Shown here in pieces: positions 23,001 to 38,000 of a stretch of 64,000 nucleotides of DNA. Position 1 is the first letter of the stretch. Every line of letters starts with the position of its first letter. The notes under the pieces were generated by a model. That model ran no database searches and was not told where the DNA came from. It saw nothing but the letters and a program-made list of their open reading frames with translations. Location of the stretch: positions 249,831 to 313,830 of the forward strand of contig NMRA01000409.1 of assembly GCA_002633005.1 (NCBI GenBank). Direction: 5' to 3'. The position numbers and the translations under genes were made by a program. This DNA comes from Phoronis australis. Taxonomy: Eukaryota > Animalia > Phoronida.

Positions 23001-26000
23001 ATCATACGTACATAACAAAACCAGTCAATAACATTCCGTACTATTCAAATAACTTAGTGTTTATACCTAATATCGACCAATCCATCTTCCTTTGTTGTCA
23101 TGGTTGGCGACTCAAAGGTGACAAGACGCCCTTCGCCATCCACGGCATCCCACACTGGGTCGGTGATCGAATCTGCAGACACCGACCAATCGCTCTTGGC
23201 AAAGGTCAGATAATATTGTGGCGCTGATGAACAAGACGTCGTATGTCCAGAACAGTAACAAGGTAAACAGCCCTGCACAGGATCCCAGGCGCCTAGTCCG
23301 AAGTAGCCTACAAATTTCAACAGACAACAAATGAAACACGAGAAGCGAACTCAGTAAAAATGTGGAAATTATTGCCTAGATCATAAAGAATGTAGTCTCA
23401 TAAATGACAAGAGCAGTCATGTGGTCTTCAAAAAAAAAAAACGATAACGGACATTCTTGAACTTTATCCAATTGACAACCAAAGTGTAAATCAGATTAAA
23501 AACGAACAACATTAGGTTGCGATAGTAAGATCCTACAAAAATGTCCAAATTTAGCAAACTTCCCAACATCATATCTCAGAAATGTCTCATCAAATTCATA
23601 TGAAATTTTAAGACTTTGTGCTTTATGCATTGCTCTTAAACCCCTGTTGGAAATTGTTTTTAAAAATAATGTTCTGTTTGTGTGTTATGGGCTATCAAAA
23701 ATAGAAATTTTATGATTTTTATGAAACAATGTGACCCAATTAAGGGCAGACTGGAAAAAGTCGTCAAAAATCAAATTCCATAAGCTTCCTACTTTCAGAA
23801 AATAGAAGTATTCTTTTACTGAATTTAAAATTCATAGTTTTGTAGGCACGTGGATAAATATGAATACTTGTTGATAAAGCCCCACATAATCTTAGATGAA
23901 ACTACAGTGACAGGTGATTTCAGAGTTGATTTCCTAAGAAAAATTCCTCAATTTTCAATAAAGATATAATTTCAAACCGTACCACAAAGTATCTTACTCT
24001 CCATAATCAAATAATTAAAAACGTCTTGATAAATGACAAGTCATTTTTTTCAAAGCATTGCAAACAAAATAAATCAGCAAGGAAATACGATAAGTGAAGT
24101 GGACTGAAACTTTGTTCAAAGTTTGTTAAACTATGTCACCAAGTTTACACATTTCACTGATCAGAAACCTTGAAAAACTTTCACAATATGACAGAAATTA
24201 ACTCAAAAGGAAATTTGAACGTTCACGCATAAATTCTAGACAGACATACTATCAGTAACAAAGTGAACTTTATCACGTTCTTCTATCTCATTTTAAGCAA
24301 ACATTTTTGTATCGAGACTGGAGCTATCTGAAGGTAAATGTTTCGGATTGACAAGAAACAAGATAAGTAAGGTAACTTGCGTCAGAGCTACATACTTAAA
24401 TGTTATCACGTTCAGTTACTGCAAACTTTTCAGTGCAATAAATCAGGTAAGTGTGTAGTGGAATTTTAATTTAAATCGCAGGCAAAAACCAACTGGGTTT
24501 AAACTTAGAAGGGTTTTCAATAGGCACACCCAAAGTGGACATCCTCTGTCACGCACACAGTTTTCACAAATCAGAAAATAGCAATATCCAACTTTTGCTT
24601 GGGCAAATATGAGCAAATTGCAAAGTTGAAACGCGTCTATTTTTCAAAGACCACGCCCAGTGGCTTTAAATCTACCAAGTGAACATAAATTATCTTGTTA
24701 ACAGGGAATAATCAATTTCTAGTGTTATCCGTAATTTCAAGCCTTTCAAGCTTTAATATAGAAGAATGATGCTGACAATTCAGTTTCAATTATTTATGTG
24801 TTTTTCAAGTCTCCTGAACGATGCAGTCAATTGCCGCCTTCTTTGTTCTGCTGATGCTGGGGTCCTATGGCCTGGCAGTCGACGTCGTTGCCCCCACCCC
24901 CACCTGCAACTGTCCTCCAGGACCCAAGGGGGAGAAAGGAGACCAAGGGGTCAAAGGTGATAAGGGAGATCAGGGACCAGCGGTAAGTAAGTTCAGTGCA
25001 TAGTACAATGAAAAAAGAAATTTCATTTTGTAGCATTTCTCATCAAAAATCAACCAAAACTGTAAGAAAAAGTCCTTTCTGGTTAAGTCGAAAATTTATG
25101 GTTCTGGTTTCCAACAGTTCTCATTATGAGACGGAATAAGCAAGGGTAGGGAAGGTTTGGAAAGCCATGATTTGTCTAGACGTGAGTAAAAAACAAATCC
25201 CGCATCGTTTTTGCTGTTCTTGGTGGATCCTCTTTTTCCATTAGGTAGAAATATAAGCTGCATTATTAGCATACAAACCATTACGTTACGTCAAACCTTA
25301 TCAACAAGTGTGTACATTTACCCTAATATCTACAACACTGCAGAACTTAACTTCGTGAAAGCACACAATTTCTGACAGTAGAAACTCTGTACAATTATAT
25401 TTTTGACGCGATTCATACCAAACCGCAACCACTTGGGTCTCATGACCATGTCTTTAGAAAAAATTTAGCAAGAAGGAAGATACACTTTAAAATTTTAATT
25501 TTGTTGTTTGATACTCATCTCAAATACAAGATATTTTTAATAAATTTTCATGTCATTTTTGTTATGAGCAACTTTGGAATTTATTTCATAAAATTCATAT
25601 CAGTCCCAACATCTGATAGCCTCTCGTGCAAAAGAGGAACATCTTGAAAATAATTCCTAACAATATTTTGGAAAACAGTGCATAATGCATAATACATGAA
25701 AGTTTCACGTGAACACATGCTCAGCCATTTCTGAAATACGACGCTAAAAAGATAACCAAATCAGGACATTTTTCTAGAATCTTGCATAACCCTAAAAGAA
25801 ATATGACAGAGTGTTGTGTTTACTCAAGTTTGATGCAATAACTCATCCTATAGGGTCCTCCTGGTGCTATTGGCCCCCAGGGTGTGCAGGGGTCAAACGG
25901 CGTGCCAGGGGCAACAGGACCACAAGGACCGCCGGGGCCCCCAGGAAAGGATATAGACAAGAATTCACTCAGTGAGTATTTAGCGACGGTCACATGGAGG

Positions 26001-29000
26001 ACATTAAACTTTCGAAGACAATAAAATTCAGCTTATTGAAAAAGTTTGCAGTTAAAGACAGAGTGAGAAAGTGGGTGTGTCTCAAAAGAACTGGCTATGA
26101 TGAAGAAAATAATGTGAAAGGTTACTCAACTTTGAAATAACGGTTAACCTGCAGAAATAATTCAGTGAGTGGATAGACTATTCATAATTTCATTTTTTGA
26201 AATGAGTACGTGTTCTGTTCATGCCGTAAAAAATATCAGAACAAGGATTTTCTTAGTCGTCAAGCTATTTCCTTCTTACAGCAATGCTACAAGTAGAGCT
26301 CACAATGCTGAAAAATCAAGTGAAGTTACTAGAGACAGCCCTGGTAAAAAAAACCAACGAACTGGAGAAGAAGCTTACCCCGTGTAAGTAGACTCTTCCC
26401 CAAGGGAGTAGTCAAAAAATGAGCTAGATAACCCCTTCAGGCACAGACAGAGAGGACAGCCCTCCTCACAGTCTGACAACTTTTGTGTTGGTGAAATGGA
26501 GACAAGGATCGAAATAGTTCATCAAAATCTGGATGGGCTCGTCCATGACTCATGCGAAGACAAAATGTCTTAATGGGCTCCTGATCCTATCAATAGGAGA
26601 ACTTGCACAGGATATTGAACCAGTGGGGTATTGAGCAAGTAGGGGTATGGGGTTAAGGGTTTTCGCACATCCTGCATATGAGGCTTCATTGTTTTGGTGA
26701 CCTCATCTCCTGCTTGGCCACCTGGGAATATTGCTAAGTCACACTTAGCAAGTTGATGTCATGCTAAGCGTCATGCCCGTCACTATAAAACTAGACTGTT
26801 TGTTAAAATTCCTCACCATGCATAAGACAGTAAGCACCCACATGAAATAGATCATGATATACTAATCTGTCCACAAAAGTAAATGCATGCAAAGTCATTC
26901 TTGGAAACTTCTACAGTAAAATTGCAGGCCTTCTGCTGTGACCGTGACCTACCCCACTGGCCCCTACCCTGGAAGTAGACTTTGTCTACCACATGCCGTG
27001 ATCAAAGTCAGTAAAACATCTTGGTTCATGATTAAGGGGTAAACAACAAGGTAGACAAACAAGGACAAAAATTCAGAGGTCAAATATATAAAAACAAATC
27101 GAAAAATGTCTCCTTCTAGTTATTCAAGGAACAAGACAATGTTGTGCCCTGGCATGGGTCTGATCTGCCTCTATTTGAGTCTCACAAGATGATTCTGGTC
27201 TTTACCCCGACTCATTTTGAAACCTGTCCTCACAGCAGCTAAAATAATGCCAGCCCACATCATTTTCAGTTGCGGTCTTGTGCTTTTTTTGAAAAGCCAT
27301 ACAAAGGCAAGAAAGAAAGTGCTAAGCAATGAGTAATAATTCAAAACAAATCACACATTATTTTTGCTCGTCTCTGGTAGATTTAAAGTTTCCTTTTTGA
27401 AAAAATAAGCAACTAAAAACTGACACACCACCTACTTGATTTTCAAAAACAGACCAGAACCATTGATCTTTGGCCTTATCCAAAAACTTTAACACAACAT
27501 ACTTTCCTAAAAACAACAATTTCAATAAAAAAATGACGAAATGCCTCTATCCAGAGAAATTTGCTGATAAATTTTTTTGAACTTGGAAAACTTTGCTGCG
27601 ACTGACAAAAGACAAATACGACAAACCATTATTATTTTCAAAAACTCAAGGAAAATGCATTACATTTGTTGTTCAATTTAGTCATCATGATCAAAAATGT
27701 CACCTACAGTCTCTTCAATTAAAGGCATAATCTCCCCTTGTTAGTACCTGTGGTCTTGGTCACTGTCTACCCCTTGCAGCCCCCATAATAAGGGACACAA
27801 GATGTCCCTTTAAACCAGTCACAATTATCATTTGCCCCTTCCATAATCAGCAATCAGGGTCCAAATTTACCTTTTCTAACCCTTAAAGTCAAACTTATAT
27901 CCGTCCATCCAAGTCCCTACAGTCGAAAACATCATAACCTTCCCCTGTCAACTCCAACATTTGGGTTATAATCTATCCCTTCAGCCCCTCAGGTCAGGGA
28001 CATAACCTGCCCCTTTTAACACCAACAACCAGGAACAGAATCTGCACCTTCTAGTACCAAAAACCACGGTTGTAGTAACTTACTCCTTCAAACCCCTAGT
28101 CATACCCATAACCGTCCTATTTCAGCCCCTACAAATACATTATTCTACAATGTCTACGATGAGCTGGCCCAGTCACAGTGCGTGGCACTTAACAATGTCA
28201 GTGGCCTCACATGGGCTGTAAGGAGGAACCGTTTGACTGACTCCTACTGTCTGGACGTCTGCAACGGGCTGACGGCGAGCATGAAGGAACGAATGAAGAG
28301 TGAGGGCGGCTATGTGGACCCAAATACGTAAGTAGTGACCTTGAACTTGACACTAGTGCAAGACACTGATTTTTTATCTAAAATACCTACTAGTAATTAC
28401 ACTAAATTTTAGTTTCCTTTCTTAAAGATATAACCTATTTGCCGTATTTACACTGCAAAACCATTTCTATATACATCAGAGAAAACAGCGCCACCTTCAA
28501 AAAGAATTCAAAACTACAACTTGAAAATTTTATGTCTGCTGCAAAGCAATCAGCTGATCACCCTCAGTAACGAATTGAAGGATGTATTATAATTCAAAAT
28601 CAAATAAAACTTTCAACGTCTAACAAAGGAGTTTACGGCAAATGAGTGAGCCAAAAAGGCCAGTGAGGTATTGCCACTCCATTACAGGACTGGCAAGTGT
28701 TTTGGTGGGCTGACCATCTACAAACAACAACCCGTACACAGCACCAACCCAGACAAACACATTCAGCCAGACTCGGGCAAGCTTGGCTTGATGACATATC
28801 GCTACTTGGAGTACGGGTGCACTAGCTACAGACCCGGGCCTAACTACTGCTGCTGTCATAATGGATAACTGTGGACGGACGAGAAAACAATGGATTAATT
28901 TGGAAATGTAACAGTTGCTTGACTTAGTCTTCATTTGGGTTTACAAGTAAACAGTTCTAAATGGATAGTCACCCTAAACCAAATACATGACACAGAAAAC

Positions 29001-32000
29001 ATTTTTGAAAATTATCTTTTCCTTTGAACGCCACGTAGTCAAGTTTTAATGGCATATGGAAAACTTTGAAGTCGAATATTGTTTAAATCCTGATTATAAA
29101 TGTTTACATGGCTTCAATGTTTACAAATAGACAGCTGTTTTAAAGACAATGGTGTAAACAAATGTTACAGAATCCTGTGAATTTAAAAAGTTTTTGAACC
29201 TCATGGCAAACATTCCTAGTTTGTGGGGGAAAATTTCTTCGTCAAAAATATCAACTGACGTTCTTCCAGAGAATTCTAGGTCACGTGATCAGGTACATAC
29301 CTGGCTTGCATTGAGCACACTTGTCACCGGTAGTTCTGTTCTTGCACTGGCACACTCCCGACTTGTCGTTACATACGGCACTGGAGCTACCGTCTGGATG
29401 GCAGTCACATGACTCGCAGCCAGCATCCGTCAGGTTGTAGAAACTGGAAAGGAAGAAAATTCGTGACCACTAACTGAACTTTGCAGAAACCACATTTGAT
29501 TAAACAAATCAGTTGTACACTGCTACATGATGCATTTGTCGATCGCTGTATTTGGCTGCTGGTTGACCTTCAATCGGGGTCATTGATTCGCTGTCTGACC
29601 TTAGTGATCAAAGGTCAAGCAACAGTTCATCGCACACATTACGCAGTTGCAAGATAGCAAACCCAGTGAATCTATGTAACCATGTAATGGCATGCACAAT
29701 ACTCCGTTCTCTATTTACGGTGTATCCAAGCTGCACGTTCTAAAAGATCAAACTAAGCTCCCGACGTATTCCTGGAACAAGTAGCACATGAATATAATGA
29801 CAGTTGGTTGCAAAATCATGCGGTTAAAGTCCAACAGTACTGAAAATATGCATCACTCAAGCAAAATAGTACGGGTGCGGCATCTGGAGAAGCGGACACC
29901 ATAACGGGGAACTTTCAGGAAGTAATAGAGGCATAACAAGTGGAACCACTAACTCTCATCACCACTTAAATGTACCAGGTGGTAATTCTTCTTTACACCG
30001 GGTGGCATAGGGGAACATTTTAACATCCCAAAAAGACTGTCATACAGTGTATGCCATAACACAACATGATGCTTTTTATAAAAAACAAAAATTACTTCAT
30101 CGTCCTCTAGAGGCCACTAGTGTCCAGTCCTATGTGACCATTCACCAGGCTGCTACTTGAAAGTCCCCTTTTAATTTTCCCTATTGTTGCAAAATCATGT
30201 TAAAAGCTGGACTTATTAATTAGTACCTAAAATAAAACGGGAGTGCACAGGTTGCAATGCGCATAAATTACTGGCCCAGTAACATTTGGTTTGTCATGTA
30301 ATGTCCCTTATGAAAACCTTGACCTTAAACCAAAGCAGGTATTACACATTTTTTCTCAGCATGATTAAAGATGCAATTCTTGAGAAATTTGGAAGGATTT
30401 CAACTAGATATATATCCTCCATCCCCAACGCAATCATCCTACCCTGCCTGACAGCCTTCACATCGTATGCCGTTGACGCCGGGCTTGCAATTGCACTTGC
30501 CGTAGTCATCACACGTGGAGCTGTCAATGGCATAGCGGCCATTGCAATCACAAGGAGAGCAACCCTCCCCTGCAATGAGAGAATGTATACTTTGAATTGT
30601 CTGCAAATTTGCATACATCAAGTACAAACCACACCCCAAGTTGCGAAGAAAACCAAATATTAACTACAAAGTCGTTGGACATCATGGAATGTTGGCATAT
30701 TCATGTGTGTAGCAAAGGGAAGTGCAAACCACTCAGAATTCTCTGGGAGACATGGAGAGCAGCATCACTATGTCTCATCGCTGTAATGACCAATGTTCAC
30801 TAACAGTTGATTGCGCTTGGAATGAAAATTAAAAAACTAGCGTACAGTGGTTGACAACCTTGCCCAAACTTGGTTAAATTTAGCTGGTTAGGGGATTACT
30901 AAATTAACGGCATCAGAAGCGTTTGAAAGGTCAATGAAACCAAGCAGTGCACATTCACCTGTGTGTAACCCCTTGTAACCAGGGAAGCAAGAGTCGCACT
31001 TGTTTCCATCCACATTCTTTTTACACGAGCATGCCCCTGTTTTGTCACATGACTGCAGCAGAGATCCCAGAGAGTTGCAGTTACAGGCTATAAAATAAAA
31101 ATAGAAAATACATGTCACAAAACTGCCGAAAATTTGCAAAAAATATAACAATGCCAATAAAGACCATGTAAGCAGAAAAATGCCTTAGATTTCAAGGAAA
31201 AATAACATCGCTAATTTTGACTTTTTGGCAGCCTTACTTGAGGTCCAACTTCCCCATATGTCATGTGACAACATGCAATGTTAACACTAAACTAATCGTT
31301 CAACATTGGGCACACAATCAAGAAATTCATTCCACAGATCAATCATCGTTACGCTGGACATGTCCAGTTTCGTTAGAAAAGCATAAAAGCATATTCTGTA
31401 GTTTCCAACAAAAAGTCGTCGAAGTTTCCTCATATCGGAAACTGGAAAAAAATTTTGAAACAAAATTTCCCATCTCAATCACAGATGATTATCAGCTTTA
31501 ATTATTGTTCAACCGTTTTGATTCAAAGTTTCCACCACAACCTCGATGAAGCTAGAAGAAACTCATCCACTTTGGAAGCTACAGTAGTAGTACAATTCAA
31601 TTGTTAATTTTTTCAAAACCTTGAATTCTGAAAAACTCAGATGACGTCTCTTCAAAAGTCGTAAACCGAAACAGAATGGTTCACACTTAAGTAGAATTAT
31701 TGTTATATGAATATCAGTTACATCACAAAGTGAGACTCCCATCATTGTTTTCCATTATTTCAATTGGATGTCAAAGAATAAAATATTACTACAAAATCTA
31801 GTGGGAGTCACCAGTCACGACAACAGTGTCATAGGAATGAGCAGAAAACTGAAAGTCAAAGCTTCACCTGGGAACTTTTGCTTCAAGTTTTCACTAACTT
31901 GTAAATAATACAGCTCAATCATGGTGTAAAATGAAACTTCAGTTCAAGAATACCCCAACGTTAAAAGACAATAACCCCCCAGTACCTTTACAGCCGTTCT

Positions 32001-35000
32001 CTCCAAACTCGTAATGGAATGCCAAGCACTGGTCGCATCGCAGTCCACCCACGCCCGGCTTACACTGACACTGACCCCCGCGAGAGTCGCAGGTTGACCC
32101 CGCCACCGTACCCGTTGGGTCACAGTCACAAGCTGCAAGTAACAATTGAAGGTTATCACGACTGACTTTCACCACCAGATGGAGACGTGTGGCTCACCTA
32201 GAGCACACACTAAAAGTGACCAGTAAAAAAACTATTTCCAAGACATGGTAGATAATGAGCTTAATTGTTAAAGTTCGTATCTCAAATACAAATAAAAGTT
32301 TATTATACTTTCGTAATAGCTACTGGTAAACTCACAGGGAGATCGCGGAGTCAACCCAGACACAATGCTAAACTCTGCTCCATTGTAGCAGTTTAGAGCC
32401 CGCCTCTCCTCCCAGTTGCCTCCCCTGGCAAGGCTNTCTCTCCAAACTCGTAATGGAATGCCAAGCACTGGTCGCATCGCAGTCCACCCACGCCCGGCTT
32501 ACACTGACACTGACCCCCGCGAGAGTCGCAGGTTGACCCCGCCACCGTACCCGTTGGGTCACAGTCACAAGCTGCAAGTAACAACTGAAGGTTATCACAA
32601 CTGACTTTCACCACCAGATGGAGTCGTGTGGCTCACCTACAGCACACACTAAAAGTGACCAGTAAAAAAACTATATCCAAGACATGGCAGATAATGACCT
32701 TAATTGTTAAAGTTCGTATCTCAAATACGAATAAAAGTTTTTTAAACTTTCGTTATAGCTACTGGTAAACTCACAGGGAGATCGCGGAGTCAACCCAGAC
32801 ACAATGCTAAACTCTGCTCCGTTGTAGCAGTTTAGAGCCCGCCTCTCCTCCCAGTTGCCTCCCCTGGCAAGGCTGTGACATTTCTCCATCAGCTGCTTGG
32901 TGGCGCTAGTGGTGACCTCAGAAACGTAAGATGTCATGTCTTGCAGAGTTGGCAGCAGAACAAGCTAAAAATGAAATAATGTACTAAAAAAGTGGAACTT
33001 TACACGCCTAAAATGAATCATCAATCAAATTTGAAACAAACAAGCCAAAAAATATGACACCTAAGCTCGACAACACACAGGGTGCAATCGTGATTAACTA
33101 TGCAAATGCACATTAAACTGACTTCATTTCAATACAGCAAAATCAATGTCAAGTACTACGGTAATTTTTTTTAACTTTCGCTGACATTCAACCTGTGCAT
33201 CAAGTAAATTTTCAAATTAACCGCAATATGATTGGTCAATACCAAATGAACGCAATATGATCGGTCAATACCAAATGAACATCTTGGTTTTTTTGCATAG
33301 ATCAGCTAATAATCAAGAGATAGACATAAGCAAAGACAAACCATACCGAATCGAGAAGAACAAAGGAACCATCAGGAACTGTTACAATGACTTCTACAGT
33401 GTAGTCCTTGTTACCTTGGAGACAAACAGGTTCTGAAACAGAGAAAATGATAATGATTAATTAAAAAGTAAACATTGTAAAAAATATCAAGAAAGAATGA
33501 AGTTTGAAGATCTAAACGCTTATTACTTCCAAGGATAAATATTGTGCAAACAGTAATGAGCACCGCCTGGTGAACACCAGCAGAACTACAAGTCTAAATT
33601 TCAAGAGAAAGATAATATGTGTAAAAAGTTAACGAAGGTTGGAAGTCGACGTGATACAAGTGTCACACATAAACAAGACTTGAATGAATGAAAATGAGAT
33701 TAAGATGTCAATATTTTCACATAAAACTACTTCTATTCTCACTTACTATTATATGATCGTGTGGTAACACGTTTCAGCAAAGTCTTAATAAAACTAATAA
33801 AGTGTCTTAAACACGACACGTTTCGACGAGGACGTCCACCATTGTCAAGCCATAGGTCACGAATGTAATGTTTACGCATACTTCTCTAAGTTATACCGGA
33901 TTTTGTTTTACACGTCATTCTTGAAAGAGGCTTGAGAATAAAGGGCATTTAGGTGAAAAACGTCACGTGCTGACATATGTTTTCATGTAAACTTTTTCTG
34001 ACAAATTTTAAACGCATTATTCCAACACCATACCTCCGTTAGACACGCTCAGTTCCTGATTGGGTAGAACTGTCTGCTGACCGCAGGCATGACCTACATT
34101 GGACTGACGGCCAAAGGTCGCCTGCACTGTAGCGTTGGAATCAGAAGGCTGTAAATGAAGGAATTTCAGAGATAATTAAAATTAGTAAAATTAATGAAAC
34201 AAATACATTATCAAGAAATCAAAAAACTATCAGATGGTAGCTTACCCCTCCTGGATATAGAGAGTAAGATGTGTTGAATTTATTTAGTTGCGTCATTTGT
34301 AGGCTTATTGGTGATTAAGTTCCTTTTTTGTTTGGTTTGGGTTTCAAAATTAAAGATCAACAAATGATTCAATAAATTTACTTGAATATTACGAATAAAC
34401 AGGTATGAAATTTAATTGTTAGAAGGTACGATAAGATAAAGTGCATTTGCTTCAAAAGTAAAAAACAACTTCTGGTTTACATCATTTACTATTACAAAAT
34501 TGGTCTTCTTTCATTACATACTCAGTTTACAGGTGATTTCTGAGCTCGATAACAACTGGCGCTTCATGATTTCTTTAGACCAGGCTCATAGAATTTCAGG
34601 TGACAATTGAAAAGAAACTTTATGAACCTGGTCTAACGGAATAATGACCTTTCAGCTCTATAGAAGCTCCGAAATCACCTCAAATTTCAAACACTAACAA
34701 ACCTCCATTCTGAAGACTGCATCGTATCTATGGTCAGCTGGCACACGGACGTCAGTGTATTTGATTGACGTCGTCTTGTCCAATCGGACGAAGCCACGCC
34801 CAGTGTGGGTGGGGCCTGATGCCCTCTCAACCACAAGCTTTGGCTACAGAGGGAAAATGAAAGAACATGTCAGACAAAACAAAGTGGTAACTGGAGAGCA
34901 AAGTTCCGGGGCCTGTTTGTCAAGTTGAAAAACGTAAACTGAATTTTTCTGAAGACTGCACATAAGTCGACATGGTAAGAGTTTTTATCGGCTGGATAAC

Positions 35001-38000
35001 GGGGTGACCATCGGTCAACAAATGCGTAATACTGCAATATCAAGTGCAAGGTACAATACTGAAACAGGGCCGGGAAATGTAATTTGTTGTCAAAAAGTTG
35101 ACGAAATCTTTTACACCTTGAGATTGGAAATACTGCCAAACAAGACATCACCCAACTTTCCTCATGATGCAAAGTTCATATAATAATAGACGAACTCATT
35201 TTGTTGTGAACACATTTTTATATTGAATTTCTCGTTTCACTTAATTAAACCTTTTTGTTTTCGACAAACAAATTTCAGCCCACAACATGAACACTGAAAA
35301 CATTTTTCGATGTGTGTTATTTTCTTGAATCTAATCCAAGAGCTTTTATAATATGATACTGCTACTATAACTGCACCTGTTACAATGGACTGTAGTTTTT
35401 TAATGAAATGTGTACAAAAAATCTTTAAAATAGGAGTATACTGCGCAACTTATCAACCATGCACAGTAACATGGAATTTTCAGAAACTGGTCACAGCTAT
35501 CGGCATTTCAAACAGAAATCCTGCAGTACGCCTCAGCCCAAACAACTTATAACTTGATCTCTGATCTTAACATTCCCAACATAATGCCCAAGCCATTATT
35601 TCCCATCTAGAGAGCTTGGAATGACCAATTACAAAAAGGAGATGAATCGTTCCACAAATAAACAGGGTTACGTTATAGAAATATTTCCTGTATTGTAAAA
35701 AGTAAGTGAAATAAAACGTTTTTGCACATTTTAAGTCAAAATAATGCTAAACAAAGATATTGAAAAAAAAGAAAACTGGAAATCAATAAGAAGAATCAAA
35801 ACCAAAAAAGAGGAAATCCACTTAAAAGAGGAAAATTCCAAACCCCGCATCATCCCTTAGCTTACATCCACATCCGTGACCTCTTCAGCTTCATAGGTCA
35901 AGTAATCCAGCGCTCCTACAAAGGACCTGGAAGACACTGCGAGGCAGTTCCGTCCACTATAGCCCGGCTTACAAGAGCACACTCCGCTTCCATCACACTG
36001 AGCGGTCAAGGATGACCCCAGGTCACAGTTACATCGGCTGCAGCCGTCGGGATTGTCAATGGTCAAGTTGTAGCTACCCAACTGTAGGAGAGAACAATCA
36101 TCAAAATGTGTCCAATGTGATGGCTTCATGCATGTCACGCAACCTGCAGGTCAGGTTGAGAACAAGTTTTATGATAGAGCTTCCGAGATAAAATAGTTTG
36201 GCTGCTATTCGAACTTTCAAATTGTAATACATGTCAATTGCTAAATGCTTTTACATAATTTTGATATATTTTGCAGTCAGATTATGAACAAGTCAATTGG
36301 AAATTTTCCGACAGATCGCTTTGGATATGTCACTAATCCTGTCATCAGGCAACACACATCAATAATTACATAACTATAATCTCTGCAATTCTTGTATCAA
36401 CGCTACGCCTTAGTGCTACCAAAATCCAATCACTTTCTTCCAGCCTCCAAGCCAGTAGGAGGGTAAAAATTATTGAAGGAACTGCTAGAAACTTGACGTG
36501 AATGAAAAGATCTGAATTCAAATTAACAGCATATCGTAGTCTTGTATAAAAGTGTAAAATACTGGGTACATCTGTTGCCATGACTCCAGACATCCTACAG
36601 TGAGACTTGGTACCAAACATACCTTACACTGACCACACCTTGTACCCTGGGTGTTCTCTTTACACAAACACACCCCCGTTGTCTTGTTGCAGAAGTTGAT
36701 ACTGTTAAAACTCCCCGCTGCTATACAGTTGCAGGCTGAAATACGAACGTCCAGTCAACAAGTATCAACAAACTGTCGGCCGCTTTCAAAACTAACACCT
36801 GTCATTCGGTTTAAATTCCAGATGGCACCAGTTTCTAAACCAATGCTAGTCCAGCACCTGGAGTCTAATTTTTTTACTCAAATTATTTTTAACATTTTCC
36901 ATTAATAAGTACAAGCTCAATAAAAAAGTCTATCATTCTCTACTCGAGTATATTCTGGATTTCGTGGTTGACTTTGCACCACAGTGGCAATGTGCAAATC
37001 TGAAAAAATAGCCACCAACAACAGAGACATCACAACATAAAAAACATTATATTGAAGCGGAAGCTTTTCCCGAGTCTACAAAAATCTCAAAAGTCGCACT
37101 TACCCTGGCATCCGTTGGGGTTGTTTGGGTCGAGGTTCCAGAAGGTGTCCTTACATTCATCGCACACCCTCCCCCCAACATTGGCCTTACACTGGCACGT
37201 CCCTGTCTCCGAGTCGCACAGGAAGTTACTGGCAGACGCAGTACCCTGGATGGAGCAGTCGCAGGCTGCAAAGAATGAAATGTGGGCAACATGATAACAG
37301 AACATTTTTCTACAATTCATAAAAATGGACAGTAAAAGTTAAACAGTTTAGTGGCAATAGGAGAATAGGCATGGGTTAAGCATTGTCCTACGAGAGGAAT
37401 AATGCTACATTAGTTGCTTTTAATAGCTCAAACTTGGAGATGTAGATTCATTTATTTTTACCAGAAAGGTATTTTCAACACAAAATGAATCTCTGCGTAG
37501 GTCATACAGTGCTTTTTTAATTCTAGAACAGGCGAGAGTTCAATTCAGAACACTTTGCTATTGGAATGTTTCACAAAAATGTAACCTTTTCAATAACAGC
37601 AACCATTCAATCATGTATCTGCAATTGTTTCAATCAATTTTTTAATTATTTCATGAAAAGGGGAAGTATGACATCTTGACCTAGGTATCAGCTGTGTTAG
37701 TCATTTGTTTGGAGAGACACAGGAAATTTTAAAAGCAAACTTAGAATTTAATCTTGGAATCACTTCTGTCCATTTTGAGAAAAATATCACATCAAAAGAT
37801 CACCATTTGGGAATCAGTTTTGGCTAAAATTAAAATTCATCTCAATATGAAGTTTTTAATTAAAATACAACGGGAAGAGTACATATATTAACAGTCACAA
37901 GATAATTTGTACAATCTGCAGCAGATTAAAACTATTCATAATAGGGCTCCGAGGAACCTACGACTATCAAGTTTAAGAACAATTACAAAGATGTCGAGCC

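Noticed and set aside
26400-26900. Possible extra exon or transposon fragment in the nested gene's intron
   Set aside because: Slightly GC-richer, but I found no convincing open frame with splice sites, and the flanking exons already join in phase.
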